A stretch of DNA of 64,000 nucleotides from Lingula anatina. Lineage: Eukaryota > Animalia > Brachiopoda. Positions 1 through 12,946 of the stretch are shown here, piece by piece. The stretch is from contig CM120644.1 in NCBI GenBank assembly GCA_051362555.1, forward strand, positions 938,954-1,002,953, written 5' to 3'. The notes under the pieces are model-generated. The model saw only the letters and a list, made by a program, of their open reading frames with translations, searched no databases and was not told the DNA's origin. The translations under genes and the position numbers were made by a program. Within the stretch, counting starts at the first letter, position 1, and every line of letters starts with the position of its first letter.

Positions 1-761
1 GATTTCAGGATACGTGTACGCGTTGATAACTATAGGCAGTCAACACAAGTAAGTACACGTGAACGTACAAAGGGAATGTTTTTACATTCACACTCACAGA
101 TTCAGACATTTTGGTACAGACGTCCTCAGCTTGGCCAAGCACGTGGTCTGAATACAGAGTCAGCTCGTGCAGTTGGCGGGAATACAGGGCGATTATTAGT
201 TGACGGAGATGAGATAACGGTAGAGTGCGCGTGTACGTGTACTGCTTGTTTTCCATTTAATTCACAATCTTTTTTTTTGTGTGCAGAACGCGCTGAATGC
301 GGTACGTTACTAACTTTCAGAATATATCCGTTGGAAAGGAAACCTAACTTTAACATAACTGATTCTGAGACAGAATATGAGGGCCCCACGACAAACAACA
401 AACAAACAAATGAATTTTAAAAAATAATTACATAAATAAATAGATCTACGCCCCTTTAACTTCCCCATCTAGAATGACAATCTAATTTCTAGAGCTCAAA
501 TCGAAGAATCCGTCACGTGATCACGGTCGTTTGATGGATCGAAACATGGCTAAGAGGTAAAAACACTTTCAGTCATTTCAGAGATTTCCCTTTTTTAACT
601 ACCTTCTAACATGAGACAACAAAAACCAATTTAACCCTCTTTATTTTCAGTATATATTTGGCTTCGTGGCTTTTATGTATCCCAAGTTGGGCCAAAATGG
701 CCGCGAGATGCTGATGCCTCTACATCGGTACTGGGGCGTCGCCGTGTATGGGTTGGCTATA

Positions 762-1045
762 CCCGCACGAAAATGCAGTAGTATCGAAGTAGTAAAGAAG
801 CATTAACGCAGTAGTGGTGTGGAGCATATTTGCAGTAGAAATGCAGTAGAGTCTACTTCAATTCTACTTCAAAAATTACATAGGGTTGTACAGAGGAGGA
901 GCATTAATGCAGTAGATTAGCAGCATGATAGAAGCATGTTTCAAATATGCTAATTAGCTCCCACATCGAAGCAGATTTGAAGCATGTTTGCAGTATGATT
1001 GCAGTAGTCTACTGCGCTGGAGTATCTACTTCGTTTTCTTGCGGG
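762..1045. mobile_element. 284-bp MITE (CCCGCACGAAAA termini, TA target duplication) inserted in the cyt b561 copy A exon
   Basis: TIRs cccgcacgaaaatgcagtag / ctacttcgttttcttgcggg; TA at 760-761 and 1046-1047; removing it restores GCT ATA GCC as in copy B; near-identical copy at 50322-50604. Confidence 0.92.
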
Positions 1046-1138
1046 TAGCCACATCACTGATGGGAATGGTGGAGAAAATCATATTTAGTGTGTAAGTAAA
1101 TGTAGCCTATCTACACTAGGTGTTGTAAAGACATGTGT

Positions 1139-3704
1139 TAAGATACTTCATGGTATATTACCACTTCATAGGATAAGAATTACTACTTCATGATAGAAGG
1201 CGACTTCATTGGTTAAAAAATAAGGACCCTTAGGAGACTTCGTAGTATATTACCACTTCATGGTACATTGTATCCAAACATGTTTCAGTTCTGGTTGGAT
1301 GTGGAAATTAGGCGTAAAGGTCGATATGAAGTTTCATTCTAGACCATGATTTCCAGAGTGACGTGTGTATTTGAAATGGTGTGTGTGTGTGTGTGTGGGG
1401 GGGGGGGGGGTAACATTACTCATGATAGTGCGTATTTTATCTCGTTGGAGTTTAATGAAGCTGTTATTTTCAGATGTTCTCGTAGATACCCGTGAGATTA
1501 ACTTCTATAAATAATGTATTTTATCTCAAGAGCTCCGATCCAGCGACGGAAAGCATAAAGCTAGTTTTTTGTTTTACCCATTTAGTTTTGACATTTTTCA
1601 GATTTCAGGACGATTAAAAACTGACAATATTTGGACGTTGAATCATGGCGGGTCTAAGGCACTAGATGTATAAGACAAACGAAGTGTATAAATAAACACA
1701 TAGCCTGCCTTTAAACTAGGGCATAAAACTGTGCTTTGATTGACGGCGCAGGTTTATAGATGTGGCTAGTACACAGTAGCAAGAATGTATGTGTTTCCAC
1801 TGTAGGTAGAGAACTCTACTAGGCAGAGAGGTTTTAATTTTGCTCCACACTAGGTGTACATTAATATCTTTAACAAACCGTCTATTCCATTATTCGTGTT
1901 ATAGAAGTATCTCTTTTGTAACTATGACATAAATGTTATGACTTGCAATAACAAGCTGTAAAAATAGGCTTTTCTATTGATATGCAACATAAATGTTTCG
2001 AAAATATCTCGGTCGTTTAAAAAGATTGACCTCCTGGCCTATATACTTAATGAAAACGCTTAGGTCGGAAAGTCTGAAATCTGAATGATTTGAAACGGTC
2101 AACTGTCCAGATAGATGTCGGGGAGAATGAAATACTGGGGATTCATAAAACTGGTGTAGCGCCGCATTTTGCAACTGCAACGCATTTTGCAACCAATGAA
2201 AATCGTGAAAACGAATTTTTCAACCGCAACGCATTTTGCAACCAGAATTTTTTTAAGTCAATAAATAGCTAGTGTGAAGTTCTATAGAGGTAGAATTGGG
2301 ATGGGGACGGGGTGGTCTCGGCTAGGTACGCTTACATTGGTCAAGCTTTCCCTGTGGTGGACAATTCATTATATACATACATAATCTATTTCACATTGTT
2401 ACTTCCTAAACCATCATAGTTAAGAACTTGATACGTCGGGGATTAATAAACCTATCATTATAGGAATTTGCAAAGGCTCTTCGGAATTCAATTGTGACTT
2501 GGGGTGTGGTCGACCCTGGGGGTGGTCTATTCTAATTTTTACATCGGATTTTATGCTAGGAACATGAAACGTGGCTACATACTATTTTGAATGTGGAAGG
2601 GCACTTCGGATTTTTTTTTTTTTTTTTGGGGGGGGGGGGGGGGGGGCTGGGGGCGGTTGAGTCTAATTGACATTGTTATTCCTGCCATATCTATCCTTAA
2701 GAACAATAAAGCTGGGAACGTAAGGGTATGGGGACTGAAAAATCTGTCTTTGGGGATGTGTATGGGTCCTTCTGGGTTTTTGTGACATTGGGTGTGGCCG
2801 TCCCTGGGGAGGTTGATTTTAAATTTTACATCGTTATTCGTGCTTCTACCCTTACGCCATTACAGTTAGGAACATGAAACCTTCCGGGCTGATAAGCTTA
2901 CCATTGAGGATATGCATAGGTTTCCGGGAATGTTAGTATGATATTTCAGGAGTGGCTATCCCGGGGGGTGGTTGATTCTGTTTTTCACAACTTTATTTCT
3001 GCCATCTATACCCTTAAATTTTAAGGAACATGAAACGGAAATTGATGAACCAGTCATTTTAATGAATGTGCAAGGGTCCTTGAGAAATGTAGAGAACAGC
3101 AGAAGCACATACAGAACTAAATGGACTTCCAGCCATATGCATAAATATAGGTCAGGGAATCCAATTAAAAACTAATTCAAGCCCCCACACACTCTATCAG
3201 GAATCCTAGCGTTTGACTGCTGTTGTGTCTTAACACAAAACAAAATGTTTATTTCCCAAGAGCAGTAATTAACATGTGTGTTTTATGTTAAAGAACAATG
3301 GGACTTGGACCCTAGGATTCCTGAGAGTATGGGGTCTTGAATGGGTTTTAATTAACTTGACCTATATTTAAGAATACGACTGAAGGTCTGTTATTTAGTA
3401 CTGTCTGCTGCTTTCTCTACATTTCCCCTTCCTTCCTAACCGCCATCAGATTCACACATAGAATGTAGTACTAGCTGGGTCGGTCCAACTCTGCAAGGAA
3501 TCTTAAGTGCAATCTATGGAATCAGCTTCATTGCCTGCAAACCACTAATCACTCCACCCCCTAGGGACGGTCACACCCCAAGTCACACTAATGTAGCCCA
3601 CCCATGCACCAAAGACTCATGTTCCTTATTCGAATGGTCTAGGGGGAGATGAAATAAATTACGGTAATATATATGTGTACCAGGGACAGCCACACCCCAG
3701 GTCA

Positions 3705-3755
<51 letters not shown>

Positions 3756-4897
3756 CCTATGCAAACCCCGACATTTTAGTTTCCTCAACCTAAAGACCTA
3801 TGGGTATATAGCAGAAAATACAATTTAAAGATAATAATCAACCACCCCTAGGTCACCAAAGTCACCAAAAATCCGAAGGACACGTGCACATCCCTAATGG
3901 CTAGTTTAAATATCCCCAACGTCTCATGTTCCTCACTTTAATGCATAGAGGATACCAGTAACAACGATATAAGAAATATATACCCCCCCCCCCCCAAAGG
4001 ACTGCAAAGTCCCACTACTAAAGGTAGATGGCAGAAATTACGATGTAAAAATTACAATCAACCACAATAACAATCAACCACAATTCTGAATAAATATCAA
4101 TCTACAAACCTGTTGATCTCGCTGATCAACTACGTTAGTTAGGCTGCTAAACAACGAGTAGGCCTACCCCCCCCCCCCCTCCGGACGCCTTATTAACAGG
4201 TTTCCAAATGCAGACTGTGCCGCAGATAATACTTTCGGGTCAAATGAGAGCCAGCCAAGGGCACATTTCGGGGACACCATTGATCACATCATGATGGACA
4301 TTCACAGGTGTAGGACCAGAACAGAGCATCTCGGAAACCAAGGGACAGACGTAAATCATTACACTTGCGCGTGTCTTTCCTCATGGAAAAATTAGTCTTA
4401 TAATCCAGTAACCTATGCGTAAATTATGTTTTCATAGCCTGGTTTACCTGATCCATTAGTTTTATGCATCAAGCGGATCTGGGAAGGGAGGGCCCAGGGG
4501 GTCTGCACCCCCTTTTCTTCAACGCTGACCATAATGTCCCATAATGTACTGATTTTTAGAAATACTGAATCCTCACCTACATACGCCTGTGTATTTTAAA
4601 ATTACTCAAAACATGCATCCAATACCACTAAAAAAAACCCTATTCAGTCATACAAGTGAATTAAAACGTACAGTTTACCTATTTTGGATAATATTTACAG
4701 TACAAAAACATTATATTTCAAAAACGTTCTCTCTCATAGCGTTGGGCCAACAACAGGTACTATTTCACCATTATCCCATGAAGTCGCAGGCAATATCTTA
4801 TGTGGAGATGAAGTCGCAATTTATCCTATGAAGTCGATTTGACAGTAAAATCAGAGCATTTATCCCATGAAGTGGTAATATACCATGAAGTATCTTA
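1139..4897. mobile_element. About 3.76-kb non-autonomous TIR (fold-back-like) DNA element in the last intron of cyt b561 copy A
   Basis: About 38-bp TIR taagatacttcatggtatattaccacttcataggataa / ttatcccatgaagtggtaatataccatgaagtatctta; subterminal acttcat/atgaagt repeats; absent from the homologous copy B intron near 22160. TSD ambiguous. Confidence 0.8.
3086..3424. mobile_element. Palindromic MITE-like unit at the centre of the 1139-4897 element
   Basis: Imperfect long inverted arms: aaatgtagagaacagcag...taaatataggtca...tcaggaatcctag versus ctaggattcctga...tgacctatattta...ctgctgctttctctacattt. Confidence 0.6.
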
Positions 4898-7210
4898 CGT
4901 GTTTGTGCTGTTTTGTTGTTCGGGGTCTCGGACGTTCGGTGAAAATTCTATTAATAACTATAGGAGTTCAGGTACCAGAAACTAGAGTACATGTAGGACT
5001 ACATTGAAAAATTGACTTTTGCAAATATTTTGTTCTAGAATGTCCACAATTAAAATGCAATTGAGGATAATGGAAAATATTTTACATTTTCTTCGAAGCT
5101 AAAACATACAGGTAGACATGTTGATCTACGAAACTTAAAAGACGTCATCATCCACATCTGAAAAGATAGTTTCCCACCTTGCAGTTTACTGTCTAAGACG
5201 CACTTTCCGTATAACTGCTGGGCGACTGCTTGGCTGGAAATGGTCTGACCATTTGACGTCAATATTATTATTTTAGAACATTGAAAGTTCAAGTCATATG
5301 AAAAATTTCCCATGGTGTTGTGTTGCATGTTTTCAGGGAAGACTACAGCAAGAAAGGGAAAGAGGCGATCCTGGTGAACTTCATTTGCTTGGTAATGGTG
5401 GCTGCGGGACTGTGTGTGGTATATTTAGTCTGCAGGCCAGAGTATAAACGGATCCCACTGCCGGAAGAACAGGCAGTGAACGAAAAGTAGAAAGACGGAA
5501 AAAGACGATGGCATTCGGAACTCCTCGGGTTGTTCCGCCTTTCGGTAATCTTCGGAACTACCCGTGGTTGACCGAACGAAACAGAACCTCGGTGTGGCGT
5601 GACTCGAACATCACGTGATTGGACCTTAGTACCAAGAATTTTCTATCAGTCTTTGAATATAAACATTCCAATGAAGGGAGATGATTTTATTTTCAAATTG
5701 AGACATTTCGCTGAATGGTGATGGTAGGCCTTTCAACGTCTTTCACTTATTACAACAATAGGAACAGCTATGGTTTGATTATTTATCCTTTTGTTTTAAA
5801 CAAAAATGGCAGGAATTGACGTCATCACTGATGTTACCTCATGAAAAATCATGAAGAACAAGCTTTAATTTAAACATAATACCAATAAATTAATGTTTTT
5901 TTATAATACACTTGTGTTTTTCATCGCAGGGGTTCCCTTCTCGTTAAAATGATTAACAAGTGACCTGCTTCACTAAGGCTTAAACCGATTTAAGCCGACT
6001 TGGTTCATTGTACATGTAGGCCTACATGTAAGCCGACTCTTGGACGTAAAGCTCTAAAGGAACTCCTTTGAAACCTACGCCGTGGGTTTTGAATAATTTC
6101 TTGCCCGACCCCCCCCCCAAAAAAAAAAAAAAAAAAAGAGCGGGTAGTCAAAATAGCTAGTACAGTGAACATGGCACGTACGCCATAGATTCTCGGTCTC
6201 CCTACACGGCGCGGAGAGAGTAAGATTAGGCACAGCTTTCACTGTGAAAGCTACCTCTACGCCGTAGACACCTATCGGCGAGATCGTTTTGCCCTCCCCG
6301 CACGGCAGAAAGAGAACGTAACACCCTGTCCGGCTTCTACAGTGAAGGTTGCATTGTCTAATTGCAGCAGACTCTGCTCCCTTGTCGCCTTTTCCTCCGT
6401 CACTCTTGCTTCCACTGCAAAAACGATTCCGGTTTCTCATCGTCAGGATCGTTTTTGAAAAACGACACTAGTTTCTGGTTGCCAGAACCGTTTTTAAAAA
6501 TTGAATTAATTCAGACTTGGTACAGCTTTTAACAAAGTGAGACACCCAGGGGCCTGACATATCTCCCTTAGCTTAGGAGTTTTAATTGTAGGCAACACTC
6601 GGCGGCTGAGAGAGACCGTAATACTGAGCATGTAATCAGTTAATCTGAACTAAGATCTAATATAGCCTACCGTTTATTAGATCTTAGATCTGATTGATAT
6701 TTAGCGAGGATCCCCACGTAGATGGACCGATCCCGCTAGATCGATATAGGTATGGGAATGGGGTCTACCAGTCGTTTGTCCAAGACGCAACTTAATCACG
6801 TGGCCGACTTCGTTCATTGTATGCCAAGGACTCTTAAGCCTGTATGTTAAGTTCATTCGAAGCAATGTGAACGGCATTTAAGAATTGATACATTTTGGAA
6901 ACAAATTTTAATTAAATTTTGATTAAAATCACCAATGTACCTGTGTACTTTGATAAATGGGATGTCAGCCACAAGTTGTGATTTAACCGAAACCAGTACC
7001 GGTATGTCCTGCACGTTGTATAATTTCCAGGAGGAGTAAAAACAAATTTATCATTTGCATGAGATAAATTAGTTTGTAATCAAACGTATTCGGGGGTCGT
7101 TCTTTAACAAGCGCGCAAAAGATTGTACAGATGCACATCCGGCTGACTGGCACCAACGAGCATGATGATTACACAATATGGGGTAGGTACAAAGCACTAC
7201 TGGTAGCCAG

Positions 7211-7384
7211 TGCCAATCAATTTGACCTTCCAGCCAATGAGACCATTGGCTCATGCCACGTGATATAAACACAGAAGAGGGACCGTAAGCAGAATATGTC
7301 CAGTTTCCGAGGTGTCAACTCGTGAAGTCAACCCAAAGAAAGAGAGGTAGAAAGTAAAAGAAAAGAGTCACGAGAAGGAGGAAG
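7211..7384 (+). promoter_or_regulatory. Putative Pol II core promoter plus non-coding first exon (probably of cyt b561 copy B)
   Basis: Three CCAAT boxes within 7211-7250 (one reversed), E-box CACGTG 7257-7262, TATAAA 7264-7269, Inr-like tccagtt near 7300, strong donor AAG|GTAAGA after 7384. The link to the acceptor at 18893 is inference. Confidence 0.5.
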
Positions 7385-8774
7385 GTAAGAAATCTTATCC
7401 GAAAAATCTGTCAACGCTGTATCCAGGTCGTTCATACCCGGTAGTTTTCAAACTTAAGGTATCATAAAGCGGGCCTGGTGTTAACATACCCCCTTTTCAT
7501 GCTCAGCTATTTCAACTCAAAGGACAGGAATATCAAAACACTAGTCCATCCACTTCTTTTCCTAGTAATTGACAACTAGCCAATGGAGCCAGATGACTAG
7601 AGGTGAGGAAAAACCTACTTACGATCACAAACCCTCGGCTTTCTCACTCACAGTTATCCCACACTTTTGCATTAGTAACTTACTTTCATGTTAATCAGAA
7701 CAGATATCAACAAAGCAAGGTTTATTTTCTCACATTTAACGGCGAAGACCACCCTTGCACACAACAACAGGATGCGCAGTTTAAAGATCACTCTTGTAGA
7801 AATACCCAGTTGGAAGTCACTATTCAACTCCTCGTTTTCATCTGGTCTTACGCATCCTACTGTACAGTCCTACAACATATCCGTAACGGTTTTCACATTC
7901 TTTCCTTGCTCCTCATAACAGAGATATATATGCCCAGTGTTGCCCCCAGATTTTCTCTTTTGTCAGCTTTTATGCAACACTGGTAACACATTTCAAGGAA
8001 AACCCTTAGGCCTATATTCTAGAAAATAACAGGAGTGATCAATGTTAGGAAAATACTCGTCAATTCGAAAATCGGCTTGATTGGACCATTTTTACAGTTA
8101 CGTTTTTTCCCCCTTTTTTTTTTGCATATTTTATAGAGCTTGTCAAGCACAAGACCGGTGGTAGTGTCCCTTTTATGGTTTTAAATACGAATGCGCTTAC
8201 TCCAGCTGGTGGCACAATATCCGGAGGCGATATGACCTCTCTGATCCTCTAGTTTAGAGTGTAATTGAAATATATGATATATATATATATATATATATAT
8301 CTTTCCAATGAATTATTACTGTTTCTCCAACAAGGCGAAAAATCTATTCGCCGCCACGATCAGTATTTCACATCAAACCACAGCATTGCACCGTTACCCA
8401 GATTTAACTCGATGCATGCAAGCAGGCATAATCTGCACTTCGTACAGTGCCCTAAGTTTATGTTTCAGTAAGCCCCTATAGTTAAATAAATATACCGATC
8501 TGGGTGAAATTATATGCTGGAAATTTATTAAAAATAACTTTCAAAAATAACCGGCTAATCAAATCGCAGGGATATTTTTAATTGTAGGTGATGATTTAAT
8601 TACTAGTGAGAACTAAGCAATAATATCTGGGATATACATGCATAGATTAGGCTGCCCTCATCTGTACATTTACTATAGATTTACCAGGGAATCTGAAAAT
8701 CTGTGCAGACAATTTTCAAAGGTCTGGTTAAGCCCTGCCTCCTACTGGTGCATGTACGTACACCAATAGAGTAA

Positions 8775-9052
8775 GGCTATATTCCCATAGGTTTTAGATC
8801 GATCTATCCCCGCGGGGAATCTCACTAGATTATTTTCAGATAATCCGGCTTAAATGTCCGTCCCGCCTACTACAAGCTGTAAGGAGGTAATTAACTTTCG
8901 TTTCCGCCCGGCTGACAGCTATTTAGCGTGAACCCCCAGGGAGTTAGGTCGATCTAATCTATGGAAATGGGGTGTTAGACTGGGTTCCCATGCCTAGATC
9001 GATCCAATTGGATCGACCTTTCTCCCTGGGGAGTCTCACTAAATTGCTATCA
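8775..9052. repeat. Dispersed MITE family with gatcgatcta subterminal motifs (one full plus one partial copy here)
   Basis: Similar units at about 6545-6765, 9660-9880, 40972-41225, and a copy split by the Ginger-like element (43480-43660 plus 45627-45702); shared ttcccat/atgggaa ends and tctcactaaatt/aatttagcgaga cores. Confidence 0.65.
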
Positions 9053-9889
9053 ATATAATAATATAATATATAATAATATTACATGGGAATGATCAAACAC
9101 CAAATTGTATCACACGAGTCCGAGACGTATCTGTCATTCTTGCATCGCCATTAGTATTTATTTTCTTACCAAACTTTCCCTGGTGGACAATCTGTTATTT
9201 GTACGTATTGGTTCGAGGAGATTTGCTTCTAATTTTAATCCCTTCTCTCGTGATTAACTTCAATTTAAAGATGATTATAAACTTGCCAACCCTGCAGTGT
9301 TGTAATTTATATTCAGGTCGCTGACATGAAATATCAGCAAATAATATAATGGTTCCGTTTAAACATTATGGAGAGGGAAGGGGGTCTCTCAGCTGGCTGT
9401 ATATCTGCCCACGTGAAAACGTAATTAATCCATATGGCTGACAACCAAAGAAACTTCACAAAGAAACCCTTTTTTAAAGTCTAGATTGGACCTCAACTTA
9501 ACAACCGATAATTTAGTGAACTTTGATCCTAGAGGAAGTCATGAGGGAATATTTTTTCGTTGTAGGAAATATACATGACTTTAGATCATGGGTTTTCTTT
9601 ATTATTGAATTACTACAAAGTGGGTCTGGATCATAGACCACGTTCAGATTCCAACATCGTTTCAACTGGATCAACGTTACTCTGCTGGGGATTCTTGATA
9701 AAGTACATTCAGTGTAATCAGCTTAATTTTTCTGACACGCCTCCTTCTGTAGTTAGTTAATTAGTTAATTACCCAACTCAAGAAGGCATGTCAGATATTT
9801 AAGCCGAGTACAGTGATTGCACTTAGGGAGAATCCCCCGCAGAGTTAGATCGATGGTCTATCCAGTTGCACCCATAGTTAGACAACAGT

Positions 9890-11825
9890 TTTTATGTAGC
9901 CAAATGTTCACAAGCACAACGAAGCTCTGTTTTTGCTCCAAATTAAGTAGGATAAGTCCATATGACTGAAATTGTCATTTATTAATGACGAAAACTAATA
10001 AGATACAAAGTTACAAAACTGGGGAGATAATAAACATCCCCCAAACTATATAAGTGCTAAATATAAAAATAATAAAGTATGTTAATGAAATGTAACCAGG
10101 ATTAATTATGAAAAATATGAGAAATCACAACAGCTATAGGAGCAAAAAGTTGGCGCAAATGAAAATAAAAGGCCAAACTAATAAGATACAAAGTTACAAA
10201 ACTGGGGAGATAATAAACATCCCCCAAACTATATAAGTGCTAAATATAAAAATAATAAAGTATGTTAATGAAATGTAACCAGGATTAATTATGAAAAATA
10301 TGAGAAATCACAACAGCTATAGGAGCAAAAAGTTGGCGCAAATGAAAATAAAAGGCTTATGAAAAATATGAGAAATCACAACAGCTATACGAGCAAAAAG
10401 TTGGCGCAAATGTTTGGCGCAAATGAAAAGAAAAGGCAAAAGGCAAATTCTAAAGCCGGCCTAGGCTGAGAGCGAGCTACGCAACCCCTACCTTTTTAGG
10501 ACGGGGACGTAGGTTTCCTCATTGCTCTGACAGCCCAATCATAGAGTTGTCTCTCTTGGCCTACGTACTGCCTCATATGCCCTGCGTAGTACATTTACCT
10601 AACTATAGTTTTAAAGTAATAATCTCACATGTATGATATATATCAATAAACAAATGATAACCAGATAATCTGAAATGACTAATTAATGTGCCAAATGAGT
10701 TATAGCTAACAAGCATAAATACAACCATGTTACATTGAGCCAATGCTCAAATCTGCTTCATTAGTCATGGAAAGAGAAAAAAAAATATGGGGGGGGGGGG
10801 GGGGTTTGAAGAAGTTTACCAAACATCACCTCAAAATTTTTACTCCTGAATAATGCACTTCTTAATGTTGTGAATTTTACGAGAAAAGTGAGGGAGAGCA
10901 TTAACTGTCTCCTGAATAACTGAACTCATATGCCTCTGATTAGCAGGCCTACCAGAGGCAAAGTGGCACTGTCCAAATAGGTGCCCCCCTTAATTATGTC
11001 ACACAGGTGCCGCTTGAAAGTAATAAGTCTAAGTGTTAAAAACACCACAAGGATGAAGGCAGGTGGTAGGGGAGGGTGGAGGGTGTACAAATAACAATAA
11101 AGAAACGTAAGTAATAATACAGTGTAGCTGCTAAAACTGCGGGTAAATATATCCGCAGCTACAAAGCTGAATGACTTCTCACTGAATGCAGCTCGATGGA
11201 ATTAATCTCCAAAACATCTTTCATAGAATATACTTGTGTGTGCCTTGATACACAGCAGCTAAGACATTCCTTAACCCTGGACATCTGTTAACACCTTGTC
11301 TTGGTCAACTACTTAAGGTCAAAACGTGCAGACACAAGACCCAAACAAAACGTTGATGTATTACCAAAAAGTTAATAGCACCACTAAAACAAACCATTTG
11401 CTACATAAATACAATTAATTCTCTTAATTGTAGTTTTATGTAGCCAAATGTTCACAAGCACAACGAAGCTCTGTTTTTGCTCCAAATTAAGTAGGATAAG
11501 TCCATATGACTGAAATTGTCATTTATTAATGACGAAAACTAATAAGATACAAAGTTACAAAACTGGGGAGATAATAAACATCCCCCAAACTATATAAGTG
11601 CTAAATATAAAAATAATAAAGTATGTTAATGAAATGTAACCAGGATTAATTATGAAAAATATGAGAAATCACAACAGCTATAGGAGCAAAAAGTTGGCGC
11701 AAATGAAAATAAAAGGCCATATGATGTGAGAGAAGCTCACATCCCCGCCAACCGAGGAGTGCTTGTGAAAAAAAAATGGAATGATAAACAACATCTGACA
11801 TTATATCTGAATCCTGTGTGCGACT

Positions 11826-11862
<37 letters not shown>

Positions 11863-11972
11863 TATACCCCATGAAGAACTAGCTACAGGTGAATGAGGGA
11901 TAGGAAGAGAAACTGGCAACCATGAATAAAATTAAGGGAGCCAAAAAAGGCAGTAAAATGGTGATCCCACCC

Positions 11973-12017
<45 letters not shown>

Positions 12018-12896
12018 AAACATGACACACACATAATTATAAAAACAATACCGCTATATAACTATCCTGAAAAAGCAAGGGCTTTGGATAATTACGAAGA
12101 AACATAAGAATAAGTGACCGGTGTTCCATCAATAAACTGAAATAAAGGACCTAACATATGCGTAAAAGTTCGTCGATAATAGAAGAAGGCTTGCACTTGG
12201 CAAAGGAGAGGGCGAGATGTACCTGTCGGACTCAAACAGCTGAGATAACGAAAAATTCAAAGCAAGAACTATAGGAAACGGTTCTTTAACTATGATATGC
12301 CAAAGTGCAACAACCGCAACCCATTCATAAAGAATCACTGACAGCCAAAGACCGCCGCATAACCTATTGACCACGAGGCATTTGTAAACAAGTGTAAGGT
12401 ATCTGACGATTGTCATGATGAAGGCAGCAGGACCAATTTTCCATTAAGTAATGTGAAAAATGAAGCCACATGCCTAGGTCCGCTCTTGCTTCACTATTGA
12501 GTCGAATATAATGACGGGGGCGCCTAACACCAACAGTTAAATGAATTTAGCGGCGTAAGAAAGCCCTGCCCGGCACTACGCCTAAGCATGCAAAGTTTAA
12601 AACCCATAAGAGATGTAACTCTTTCAATTGTACCTATTCTCCTTTGAGAAAGCTAGGAACTAAAACATAACACTTTTCTAATTTGTCCTGTGGCACACGA
12701 CCTACTAGCGAATCTATTTCAACACCGCAATTAGTTGAACAAGTGGTCGGAATAATTTTTTTTTTTTTAAGCCATTAATGGGAACCTTACTCCCTTTGCA
12801 TAATGCAAGAAAATTTTGTAAATTAACTTGACAGTTATTGGAAATGGGGGTCCAATGAAAGAAAAATCATCCAATATATAGGATATGGCCGAGGCA

Positions 12897-12946
<50 letters not shown>

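Larger units (their letters stand above)
651..5490 (+). pseudogene. Cytochrome b561 family gene, copy A (last two coding exons only; penultimate exon disrupted by a MITE)
   Basis: Exon 651-1091 (YIFGFVAFMYPKLGQNGREMLMPLHRYWGVAVYGLAI/[insertion]/ATSLMGMVEKIIFS) and exon 5337-5490 (EDYSKKGKEAILVNFICLVMVAAGLCVVYLVCRPEYKRIPLPEEQAVNEK*) are bounded by tttcag acceptors and a gtaagt donor and closely match copy B exons 21968-22122 and 22605-22740. The insertion at 762-1045 brings an in-frame TAA. Upstream exons are not seen in the window. Confidence 0.85.

Noticed and set aside
481-556. GTCACGTGA motif and ATGGCTAAGAG|gt as first exon of cyt b561 copy A
   Set aside because: A phase-2 donor cannot join the phase-0 exon at 651, and the gtaaaaac also occurs as ordinary intron sequence in copy B.
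6075-6440. GC-richer 121-aa minus-strand ORF
   Set aside because: Runs through homopolymers, no domain or splice support.
7603-7986. 127-aa ORF and possible antisense exons
   Set aside because: No motif and no consistent multi-exon frame.
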